Part shown: piece after piece, positions 1 through 7,859 of the stretch
Layout of the letters: the number at the start of each line of letters is the position of its first letter
Position numbering within the stretch: the first letter of the stretch is position 1
Assembly: GCA_964014485.1 (NCBI GenBank)
Contig: CAXHAT010000218.1
Location: 1-12,052 of the forward strand
DNA from: an uncultured Deferribacteres bacterium
GTDB taxonomy: Bacteria; Zhuqueibacterota; Zhuqueibacteria; Zhuqueibacterales; Geothermadaptataceae
Length of the DNA stretch: 12,052 bases
Reading direction: 5' to 3'
Program-made: the position numbers and the translations under genes
The notes under the pieces: model-generated
What the model was told of the DNA's origin: nothing
Database searches by the model: none
The model's input: only the letters and a program-made list of their open reading frames with translations

Positions 1-55
1 CGGAATACGAGATGCAATGGAGTCTCGTGGGCTCGTAGATGTTTATAAGAGACAG
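1..55 (+). other. Illumina P7 end + 8-nt i7 index + Nextera read-2 adapter/Tn5 mosaic end (sequencing artefact)
   Basis: 1-13 CGGAATACGAGAT matches the P7 end CGGCATACGAGAT (1 mismatch). 14-21 GCAATGGA sits in the index position. 22-55 matches GTCTCGTGGGCTCGGAGATGTGTATAAGAGACAG with mismatches at 36 and 43. Confidence 0.97.
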
Positions 56-157
56 ACACCGTTGAGCGTGAAATTCGATACTGAAAAACACCCGGGAGAA
101 ACGGTCTACACGATCTCCATTGATAACATCCTCAAGCAGAACGCACAGAAGCAGTAG
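56..157 (+). CDS. 3' end of a truncated CDS of unknown function (...TPLSVKFDTEKHPGETVYTISIDNILKQNAQKQ*)
   Basis: Open frame from the adapter junction to TAG at 155-157 with protein-like composition. It converges on the permease stop with a 24-nt gap. Confidence 0.55.
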   Translation, partial: TPLSVKFDTEKHPGETVYTISIDNILKQNAQKQ

Positions 158-181
158 TTGTTCGCCGAAAAGAACAGGCTG

Positions 182-2773
182 CTATTCGTCGTGCAATGTT
201 GAAACGGGATTTGTATTTGCGGCTCTCCAGGCTTGCAGGTTTATAGTCAAAAGGGCGACGAGCAGAGCCTGCGCTCCTGAGAAAAGAAAAACGCCGAGAC
301 CTGCTTCCCTTTTATAAGCGAAATTTTCCAACCAGACCTCCATCAAAAAATAGGCTGCCGGGGCGGCGATGAATAATGCCGCGACGATGAGCAGAATAAA
401 CTCGCGCTGGAACAGCGAAAGAATATTGAAAGATGACGCGCCCAGGACTTTCCGGACGCCGATTTCCTTCGTGCGCCGGGTCACGGAAAGCGAGGTCAGG
501 CCAAGCAAGCCGAGGCACGCGATGATTACCGCCAGCCACGAAGACGCTCCTGCAATTGTTCGCAGATTTTGCTCCGCTTCATATTGTTTCGCGACGGCTT
601 CATCGAAGAAAACATAGTCGAACGATTGCCCGGGCTCAAGGGCGTTCCAGGTTTCCCCGAGTTTCCGCAAGGTTTCGTTCAAATTAGCCGTTTCCAGCCG
701 CGTCATCACCTGCGTATTTTCGGAATCCGGGCGAAAATTCATGATGATCGGTTCGATTTCCTTGCGCAAAGATTGAAAGTGAAAATCCTTCACGACCCCG
801 GCGATCTCCATACTTTCGGCCCCCTGAAAAGGCGGCGCTTTACCAACGGGGCTTTCCATCTCAAAAGTTTTGACGAACATTTCGTTAACGAGCAGCGCAT
901 TTTCCAAATCGGCGGGGCGCTTTCTGGAAAGATTGCGGCCTTCCAACAATTCCACGCCCATCACGTCGATGAACGCTTCGTCCACTTTCATGGCCGCCAG
1001 GGTCATGTTTTGCTCTTTGTAGGAGATGCGCCACATCGAACCGGGGGATTCGCCGAAAAGCGAACCGCGCGAACCGGAAACGTCGAGAACGCCGGGAATC
1101 TTTTGCGCTTCAGTTCTAAATCTTGCGACGAAGTCATCGGAAACGCGCTTGGTCAAATTTTGAAAAATGACCATTTCCGTGTCCATGCCGAGCGGACGTT
1201 CTATCAGGAAATTTAACTGCCCGGACATGATTTGCGTGCTGGCAATGAGAAAAATTGAAATGGCAAACTGGAAAACGATCAATGATTGCGTGAACGCATT
1301 TTTTCGTCCTATTTTGACCTGTTTCTGGAAGATTCTCACCGGGATGAGTTTGGACAAAACGAGCGCCGGATAACTGCCCGCGATAAGTCCGGTGACAATG
1401 GCGATAAGCAATAAAACCAGCATATTTTCGGGCTGGATTAATAAATTGAAGCTGATGTTTTTTCCTGCGAGACTGTTGAAAACGGGCAAGAAATAGACGG
1501 CAATAACAAGCCCTGCGCCGAGTGCGACCACGCTCATCAGCACGGATTCAAACAAAAATTGCCGTTGAAGCTGCAAACGACGCGCGCCAAAAACTTTGCG
1601 CACGCCGACTTCTTTTGTGCGCCGAGAAGAAAGCGCCGTTGCCAGATTCATGAAGTTAATGCACGCGATGAGCAAGACAAAACCGGCGACGCCGCCGAGA
1701 ATCCAGGCGTAACGGGGATTCGTTGCCGGCTCGAGAAACCGATTTTTGATACGTGCGCCAAAATGAGCGTCCTGAAGTTTTTCTGCGATGAGAATTTCGT
1801 GCTCATCATCGACTCTGAGAATCGCGCCCAAATCGTGCTTCTCCGCGATGCTTTTCAGGCCAAGTTGAATTTTCTCGAAATCAGCGCCAGGCTGTGTTTT
1901 CAGAAATGTGACAGTCGCCGATTTGGGAAACCACGAGTTTACTGAAGATTCGCCGAACGCGCGCGCATAATTCAGGTCGGAAATTAACAGATCGAATTGA
2001 ATACTGGAGTTGCCGGGAATCGCTTCGGTTATGCCGGAAATCGTGAAATCAACGAACTCATCGCCGTTCAAAGCAATTGCGATGCGTTCGCCTAAAGCTG
2101 AAGCATTGGGGAAGTAGCGCGCTTTTATTTTTTCAGTAATGACCACAGACCGCGGATCACTGAGCGCACGTTTCGGGCTGCCGACGCGCAATGGAAAATG
2201 AAACATCTCCAAAAAGTCCGGCGAAACGAGATGCACTTTGACGTTCAGCGGCTCGTTTCCAGCGCGCACGAGCATATTTTGTCCGCCAGTAAAACGAACG
2301 ATGTTTTCGACGCCTGCGATCTCTTCCTCAATCGCTCCGCCCAGCGGATAAGGCGTATTATCCCAATATTCCAAACCGCTGAAATTTATCGCGATTCCGG
2401 TGCGATAGATGCGGTCGGCGTTTTTGTGAAAGCCGTCGTATGTCAATTCATTTTTGATGAATGCATAGACGATAATTGTGCAGGATATGCCGATCGAGAG
2501 TCCAAGAATATTGATGGCCGCGAAGAGTTTTTGACGCGAGAGATTGCGGGCGGTGAGAAGCAGGTAATTCTTAAACATGGTCAAACTCCAGATAATGGAA
2601 TGCGTGAAAAAGGCGGGTATAAATCGGATTATTTGACTCCAGAGCCACAGTTTCGCGCGCATCCGGCCTTTTCTGACCGCAAGGTCTGCGTAGATTTCCC
2701 TGAAGTCGCCGAGCAAAGCTTCGCTTTCGTTTTCCGGCACCAGGAAGTGTAAAATTTTTTCCCGAAAATCCAT
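182..2773 (-). CDS. Duplicated MacB/FtsX-family ABC permease (ADOP-like) with N-terminal permease-prefix domain
   Basis: 863 aa with two MacB periplasmic + FtsX repeats. Motifs: MFKNYL..ARNL, LLIACINFMNL..RRTKEVGVRKVFGA, GSYPA, IACLGLLGL..RRTKEIGVRKVLGAS, AANTNPVSTLHDE. The first 65 aa (EALLGDFRE...LWLWSQ) resemble the prefix domain of PadR-linked permeases. Confidence 0.93.
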   Translation of the reverse strand: MDFREKILHFLVPENESEALLGDFREIYADLAVRKGRMRAKLWLWSQIIRFIPAFFTHSIIWSLTMFKNYLLLTARNLSRQKLFAAINILGLSIGISCTIIVYAFIKNELTYDGFHKNADRIYRTGIAINFSGLEYWDNTPYPLGGAIEEEIAGVENIVRFTGGQNMLVRAGNEPLNVKVHLVSPDFLEMFHFPLRVGSPKRALSDPRSVVITEKIKARYFPNASALGERIAIALNGDEFVDFTISGITEAIPGNSSIQFDLLISDLNYARAFGESSVNSWFPKSATVTFLKTQPGADFEKIQLGLKSIAEKHDLGAILRVDDEHEILIAEKLQDAHFGARIKNRFLEPATNPRYAWILGGVAGFVLLIACINFMNLATALSSRRTKEVGVRKVFGARRLQLQRQFLFESVLMSVVALGAGLVIAVYFLPVFNSLAGKNISFNLLIQPENMLVLLLIAIVTGLIAGSYPALVLSKLIPVRIFQKQVKIGRKNAFTQSLIVFQFAISIFLIASTQIMSGQLNFLIERPLGMDTEMVIFQNLTKRVSDDFVARFRTEAQKIPGVLDVSGSRGSLFGESPGSMWRISYKEQNMTLAAMKVDEAFIDVMGVELLEGRNLSRKRPADLENALLVNEMFVKTFEMESPVGKAPPFQGAESMEIAGVVKDFHFQSLRKEIEPIIMNFRPDSENTQVMTRLETANLNETLRKLGETWNALEPGQSFDYVFFDEAVAKQYEAEQNLRTIAGASSWLAVIIACLGLLGLTSLSVTRRTKEIGVRKVLGASSFNILSLFQREFILLIVAALFIAAPAAYFLMEVWLENFAYKREAGLGVFLFSGAQALLVALLTINLQAWRAANTNPVSTLHDE

Positions 2774-2774
2774 C

Positions 2775-3098
2775 TCAAGTCCCCAGCTTGAAGTCCGGGA
2801 ATTTTTCCCAGAGAATATCGTTAATGCGCTTGTATTCGGTCAACGCTTCGAAACCTGTCTGAGTCAGGATGTAAATTTTTTTGCGCCGCCCGCCGCGCAC
2901 GGCAGTGGCTTCTCCGAGATACGACTCGATCAATCCCGCCTGCTCAAGTCGCCGCAGCGGAATATGGATCGTGCTCAACGACCAATTCTTTTTCATGACG
3001 TCAGAAAGCTGCTGGCGAATGGAGACCAGGTACGCATCTTTTCCGAGATTGCCTATGGATAGCAAAATAAGCTCTTCTCGGCGTGTAAGAAATTTCAT
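2775..3098 (-). CDS. PadR-family winged-helix transcriptional regulator
   Basis: LTRREELILL...IHIPLRRLEQAGLIES..GEATAVRGGRRKKIYILTQTG is typical of permease-linked PadR. ATG at 3098 is preferred over TTG at 3110 because GAGG lies just upstream. The stop is 1 nt from the permease start. Confidence 0.92.
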   Translation of the reverse strand: MKFLTRREELILLSIGNLGKDAYLVSIRQQLSDVMKKNWSLSTIHIPLRRLEQAGLIESYLGEATAVRGGRRKKIYILTQTGFEALTEYKRINDILWEKFPDFKLGT

Positions 3099-3112
3099 CC
3101 GGCGCCTCAATA

Positions 3113-3141
3113 TATTTGTTTCGCAATTATAGTAACAAATA
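3113..3141 (-). promoter_or_regulatory. Putative padR promoter -10 within an inverted-repeat operator
   Basis: TATTTGTT(3113-3120)-N13-AACAAATA(3134-3141) is a perfect 8-bp inverted repeat enclosing a minus-strand TATAAT (3126-3131). No well-spaced -35 was found. Confidence 0.55.
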
Positions 3142-3263
3142 CTCAGGCGGGAAGCAAGATATGTTTTTAAAATTTAGAAAGTAATTGGGGAGAGCGAGAG
3201 ATAGGAAACCGATGTTAAGCGCAGCAAAACATTTCCCGAAGCCCAAGCAACGCTTCATTACAG

Positions 3264-3293
3264 CTCGTTCCCAATTCAGAAATTGGGAACGAG
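3264..3293. repeat. Perfect 13-bp hairpin; CTCGTTCCCAA...TTGGGAACGAG-type extragenic palindrome
   Basis: CTCGTTCCCAATT-caga-AATTGGGAACGAG. There is no strong U-tract, and it is preceded by a small AAGCaacGCTT palindrome. Confidence 0.7.
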
Positions 3294-3300
3294 AATTTTG

Positions 3301-3350
3301 GGCATTCCGGAATCAAGTTAAGGCAATGCGAATACGCGGGAATGACGTTT
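3301..3350 (-). repeat. Degenerate, internally deleted CGTC-tagged palindromic repeat
   Basis: The reverse complement of 3335-3350 (AAACGTCATTCCCGCG) is identical to 8683-8698. The other end (GATTCCGGAATGCC on the minus strand) resembles a collapsed right arm of the 8686-8758 element. Confidence 0.6.
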
Positions 3351-3436
3351 ATGAATAATTCAGGATAGAACTGGCGTGTAACATGGGTATATCCGACATT
3401 CCGCACACAAGAATTGGAGATGGAAATCATTTCTTT

Positions 3437-3566
3437 CTCTCATTAGCGCCGTCCTTCAGGGCGGTGACAAAAGCGTCCTTTCCCCCCTTCTCCGCGCAAG
3501 CGCGGCGGGGAGAAGAAAAGTGTGATTTTACCAAAACCCCGGCTTGAAAGCCGGGGCTAATGAGAG
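3437..3566. repeat. REP doublet (REPIN-like): two inverted TTAG-tagged hairpins around a central GC-rich hairpin
   Basis: 3437-3466 CTCTCATTAG-CGCCGTCC-TTCA-GGGCGGTG versus the reverse complement of 3537-3566 CTCTCATTAG-CCCCGGCT-TTCA-AGCCGGGG (24/30 identical). Central imperfect hairpin CTTCTCCGCGC-aa-GCGCGG(cgg)GGAGAAG. Confidence 0.8.
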
Positions 3567-3681
3567 GCAAAATCTCATCAGGCGCAAAAAACGTCTTGCA
3601 GCCGAACCAAAATTGTCGAAAAAGCGCTCTTTCAACAAATGATTTCAAATGCGACAATTGACGTGCGGAATGTCGGGTATA

Positions 3682-3726
3682 CAAAACAAGACAGGCAGGA
3701 TTGAGCAACCCTGCCTGTTTTGTTTG
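3682..3726. terminator. Rho-independent terminator of the gld-like operon (possibly bidirectional)
   Basis: Stem ACAGGCAGG(3691-3699)/CCTGCCTGT(3710-3718) with T-rich tails on both strands, about 40 nt downstream of the DUF4340 stop. Confidence 0.8.
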
Positions 3727-3756
3727 AAGAAAATTGAATGGGAAATGAAGCGTATT

Positions 3757-5139
3757 CTATTTTTCGTCTTCTTCTTTCGCTTTTACAAGGTCGCTGCGCT
3801 TGAGATGGATTTTGTCAAAGCTTTCAGAAGAAATAACGTAGTACCACTCGCTAAAACGGTCGTTGAGATCATTGGCGGCTTTCACGCCTTTTTCAACATC
3901 CTTTTTCCATTTGTCATGCCCGTCGAACAGTTCCTTGTTTTTATGATCGTCGTTGGACCACAGGCTGTCTGCCTTGCTTTGAAATTCCATGTTGGCGGGC
4001 GCTTCCGGCTCGGGAAATTTGCTGCTGTCGAAAGCAGTAGAGATGAACAAGTAGCGATTTTCACCGGGGCCGCTTTCGCTGTTAGCGTTCACTTCATCAT
4101 CGCCTGCGCTGACGGCGTCGCCGGAGCCGTAGACGATTTCACCGAAGCGCAAAGTGTACTCAACGCCTTCCGAAGTCGCCGCTTGCACCTCGCCTTCGTT
4201 TGAAACCAGCTCGCCATTGCCCGCGAGATAGTAGCCTTTCGATTGCAAGCCGCCCAATTGCGAAAGAAGTTCCTGGGTCACCTGGCCTGATTTCGCCGTC
4301 GCCAGAATTTCATTCAAGCCCGCCGGTTTCGGGCGTACGCCAACGATAGCGAGCTCATCGACAGCCTTCAAGAAATCATTCATTTTGGTTTTATCGATTT
4401 CCTGCTTGGCGGACATTTTGTTCGCTTTCCAATCGCTGCCGTCCTTGCTCAAATTGACCTCGTCACGCTGATCGAGCGCGCGCGTGCGTTCATTCACTGA
4501 GTAATCTTTGAGCACGACCGTGTCGATTTTGTCTTTGTCCACTTTCATCAAATCGGTTTCGATCCAATCGGCGAACTTTGTCGACAGATCGATGTCCATG
4601 CGCACGGCATAAACGCGCTTTTTTTCCGGCAGACGGACAAAGCGAAAATTATCACGATCCGGCACTTTTTTACCGATGATAAAATCGGCCAGAATCTTGT
4701 CATTCGCGCCTTTCAGCGTCACGCGTTTTCCGCGTCCGTCCGCGCTTGTCGCACCTTCATCCAGCGGATCGATCACGTTGCAGGAATCGTAATCCGCCGG
4801 GTTGTCCGTGCGAAAATCATCCTTTTTGATGCCGATTACGCCGGCGGCGGTTTTCGCCAAACGATCCTTGCCGTCGGCGGGGTAATTGTTGTGCGAAGGA
4901 ATCGTCCAAACGCCGTTATTCGAGGTCACTTTGAACGGCACGGCCGCGCCGGATTCGGCGTCGTAATCGATTACTTCGAGCGTCACCGCCTCGTTCGGAT
5001 CGATGAATTCAGGAAAAAACTCTTCGCCGAGATCGAAAAATTGGTCTGGCGGTTCGGGGCTCGGCGCGGTAATAAAAGCCAGCAGCAAAAGCCCGATGGC
5101 CGCGCCGCCGAAAATCATCGTTTTCTTTAATTCATTCAT
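3757..5139 (-). CDS. DUF4340 domain-containing, N-terminally anchored extracytoplasmic protein
   Basis: 460 aa with an N-terminal hydrophobic helix. Motifs W...HNNYPAD, VTLKGANDKILADFIIGK, FVRLP, LSTKFADWIETDL, YTLRFG. It occupies the usual third position after gldA/gldF/gldG-type genes and has a GAGGAG RBS. Confidence 0.8.
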   Translation of the reverse strand: MNELKKTMIFGGAAIGLLLLAFITAPSPEPPDQFFDLGEEFFPEFIDPNEAVTLEVIDYDAESGAAVPFKVTSNNGVWTIPSHNNYPADGKDRLAKTAAGVIGIKKDDFRTDNPADYDSCNVIDPLDEGATSADGRGKRVTLKGANDKILADFIIGKKVPDRDNFRFVRLPEKKRVYAVRMDIDLSTKFADWIETDLMKVDKDKIDTVVLKDYSVNERTRALDQRDEVNLSKDGSDWKANKMSAKQEIDKTKMNDFLKAVDELAIVGVRPKPAGLNEILATAKSGQVTQELLSQLGGLQSKGYYLAGNGELVSNEGEVQAATSEGVEYTLRFGEIVYGSGDAVSAGDDEVNANSESGPGENRYLFISTAFDSSKFPEPEAPANMEFQSKADSLWSNDDHKNKELFDGHDKWKKDVEKGVKAANDLNDRFSEWYYVISSESFDKIHLKRSDLVKAKEEDEK

Positions 5140-5144
5140 TTCAA

Positions 5145-7859
5145 TTAACTCCTCAATTTTCGCGCTTCAGCCGCGGCTTCGTTCTCGCGCCGCTGGCGTT
5201 TGACAAAGGTCATCAAGCCAATAATGAAAACCGGAATCGGCGGCAGCAAGACGGCCAGCGTCCGGATGGTGCTTTGAATGCCGCGAATTTTACCTTCCAT
5301 ATTTTCCTTGCTCGCCGCAACTTTGGCTTCTTTCTCAGCTTCAATGTTCGCTTTGCGCACTTCAAACTTGCGGCTCTCCGCTTCCTGAAGATTGCGCGCC
5401 ATCATCTCTTTTGAGCGCTCGTCGATGTCGGTGCGGTTACGAACTTCCGCAACCTTCGTATCGAGATTGCTTTGCGCTTCGGCAAGTTCAAGCTGCGCTT
5501 CAGATTCAGCCTGCGACTCTTCAACGGTGCGTTGGTCATTGTAATCCTGAACCTGGCGTTCCAGTGTGGTCAACGTTCTGTGTCGGACGCGGCGCTTGCG
5601 CAATTCCACGAACGACTCGTCGCCGACGAGGTGATCCATGCAATTCAGGAAAAAGCTGATATTGTCAAAATTCAGGTTTTCGATGCCGCGCTTGCGTATT
5701 TCGAAAAACTGTTCAGAAATGAAATCCAGATCGGAAATCACAATTGCGTTGACCGTTTTGGGCGGCGTTATAGCGCTTGTTGAGTCAGATTCGCCGTTTG
5801 CCGCAGGGTCAATAATTTCGCCTTTCACCTGGGCGGCAAAGACAAAATCTACGGGCGTGGCGCGATGTGGAATGCGGCGGCTGTCCACCATCTGCGTGCC
5901 GAAAAAGCTGCGCTGCACCAATTGCTGGTACATCAAACTGCCGGAACCTTCCAGACTTGATTTCAACAGAGGGGTGAATTCTACGCCGTTCATGCCCGGT
6001 CGCAAGCTGCCCGGGTAGAGCAATACAATCTCCTGCAAGCCCGATGAAGCCGAATGATCTTTGCTGAAAGATTCCGGATTCTGGTTGCCCTGTCCAACAA
6101 AAACGACTTCCGGTGGAATGCCCGCCAACTCAGGATGCGGATTGTAAGCGTCCCACGTCACCTGACGGATGTTCCAGTTCACGCCAACTTTGCTCAACAA
6201 GCCCTGAATATTGCCTTTCGGCTTGGGCGGAGGCCCTTGGTTTTGTTGAAAAGGGTTCTTGTTCGCGCCTGCACGTTCCGAAGGTGAAAGTCCGATGTTC
6301 ACTACTGGCAGCGGATCGACCAGCAACAATGTCGGCGCGCCGGTCTCAATGTACGCTTGCAAATTATCCATTTCTTCCTGCGGCAGCGAAGAAGGCAGGA
6401 CGGCGAGCAGCCCGTCCAGCTCTTCCGTGATTGGCGCCGAAGCGGCAATCTGCACAACGTCGTACTGCTTTTTCAGTTCCTGCACAACTTGCCATTCCGG
6501 TGAGCTGTTCATCGTTTGAAAATCGAAGCCGCCGAAGAGCTTGGCTTCCGTGTTCAATACGCCGATTTTCTTGCGCTGGCTCCCGGCAACGACGCGAATG
6601 CTGCGCGTCAATTCATACTCTGCGGGCAAGCCGCGATCAAAAAACGGAATCACCTGTTCCTCAGCGCCAGAGGTAAAAGCTACGCCCATAAAAAGCTTCG
6701 AGCTGGCCGCGCGCGTCGAATTTAAGTCAGGCACTTCTACCGGATTTATGCCGAATTTTTCACGTGCGTCTTTTGCTTGTGAAGTATAAGGCTCGGTTTC
6801 GTGAACCTGCACTTCAACTTTACCGCCCGCTTCCGCATCGATTTCACGCAAAAAGCTCAACAAGTTCTGCTTGGTTTGAACGTACTGTTGCGGCACGTCC
6901 TGATCCGGGCTGATGAACGCCTGGATAAAAACAGTGCGATCATCAGGGAGATTGTCGAGCAGTGCTTGGGTTTCGCCGGAGAGCGAGTGCAATTGCTCGG
7001 CGGTCACGTCGAGACGCATGTGTAAGCGCGCCAAAACTGCGTTAAAACTGATCACGGCAAGTACCAAAGCAACGCCGCGCACCAAATGATGTATCCACAT
7101 TTTGTAGCCGTCCGCTTCATTCGGCCAATGGCGGCGGCTCAGAAACGTGACGTTCAAATACAGCATCACAGCCGTAATCGAGAGAAAATAGAGCAAGCCG
7201 GAAAAGCTGACCACGCCTTTTGCGAAATCGCCGAAATGATCGAAAATCGCAATTGGACGAACAAAGTTTTGAAAACCGTCACCGAAAATCCCCGCCACGT
7301 TGTCGATAAAAACAAAAAAACCGCAGAACAACGCGCCGAGAATAAAGGAAATCGTCACGTTTGCGGTTAAAAGCGAAGCGAGCATGCCGACGGAAATGAG
7401 CGCGGCGCCTGCCAGCCAGTAGCCAAAGTAGTTGCCGATCATCAAGCCGATGTCCGGGCTGCCGAGAAACATTAGCACCACGACGTGCAGGATCGAGAAG
7501 ATGAGCGAGGCCGAGTAGATGCCAAGCGTGGCGGCGTACTTGCCAAGCACAATCTCAAAATCGGTGGCGGGCAGTGTCAGGAGTAATTCGTCTGTGCCTT
7601 GTTTGTTTTCGTCCGCCCACACGCCCATCGTCAACGCCGGGATGAAAAACAGCAAAAGATATGGAAACAGCGCGTTGAGCTGATCAAGATTGGCGAGATT
7701 GTTGAGAAAAAAGCGATCCTGCCAGAAAGCGGCAGTCGCGCTTAAGAATACGAACAGGGTGATAAAAACATACCCCGTCGGGTTGGTGAAATACATGCGC
7801 AGGTCGCGTCGAACAATCGACTTGACCAGATTCCAATTGATGTTTTTTATGAAATTCAT
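5145..7859 (-). CDS. GldF-like ABC-2 permease fused to GldG-like (ABC_transp_aux) extracytoplasmic domain
   Basis: N-terminal ~240 aa is a polytopic membrane domain (RRDLRMYFTNPTGYV, PALTMGVWADENKQGTDELLLTLP, IVLGKY). It is followed by RLDVTAEQLHSLS.ET, EYELTRSI, VISDLDFIS, N..FFLNCMDHLVGD, a coiled coil and a C-terminal TM helix. The start overlaps the ATPase stop (ATGA). Confidence 0.88.
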   Translation of the reverse strand: MNFIKNINWNLVKSIVRRDLRMYFTNPTGYVFITLFVFLSATAAFWQDRFFLNNLANLDQLNALFPYLLLFFIPALTMGVWADENKQGTDELLLTLPATDFEIVLGKYAATLGIYSASLIFSILHVVVLMFLGSPDIGLMIGNYFGYWLAGAALISVGMLASLLTANVTISFILGALFCGFFVFIDNVAGIFGDGFQNFVRPIAIFDHFGDFAKGVVSFSGLLYFLSITAVMLYLNVTFLSRRHWPNEADGYKMWIHHLVRGVALVLAVISFNAVLARLHMRLDVTAEQLHSLSGETQALLDNLPDDRTVFIQAFISPDQDVPQQYVQTKQNLLSFLREIDAEAGGKVEVQVHETEPYTSQAKDAREKFGINPVEVPDLNSTRAASSKLFMGVAFTSGAEEQVIPFFDRGLPAEYELTRSIRVVAGSQRKKIGVLNTEAKLFGGFDFQTMNSSPEWQVVQELKKQYDVVQIAASAPITEELDGLLAVLPSSLPQEEMDNLQAYIETGAPTLLLVDPLPVVNIGLSPSERAGANKNPFQQNQGPPPKPKGNIQGLLSKVGVNWNIRQVTWDAYNPHPELAGIPPEVVFVGQGNQNPESFSKDHSASSGLQEIVLLYPGSLRPGMNGVEFTPLLKSSLEGSGSLMYQQLVQRSFFGTQMVDSRRIPHRATPVDFVFAAQVKGEIIDPAANGESDSTSAITPPKTVNAIVISDLDFISEQFFEIRKRGIENLNFDNISFFLNCMDHLVGDESFVELRKRRVRHRTLTTLERQVQDYNDQRTVEESQAESEAQLELAEAQSNLDTKVAEVRNRTDIDERSKEMMARNLQEAESRKFEVRKANIEAEKEAKVAASKENMEGKIRGIQSTIRTLAVLLPPIPVFIIGLMTFVKRQRRENEAAAEARKLRS

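Noticed and set aside
37..55. Tn5/IS50 mosaic end as a genuine transposon terminus
   Set aside because: It is embedded in P7 + index + Nextera primer sequence, so it is a library artefact.
3215..3708. Minus-strand ORFs 3215-3430 and 3427-3708
   Set aside because: They run through palindromic repeats and the terminator, with no RBS or family signal.
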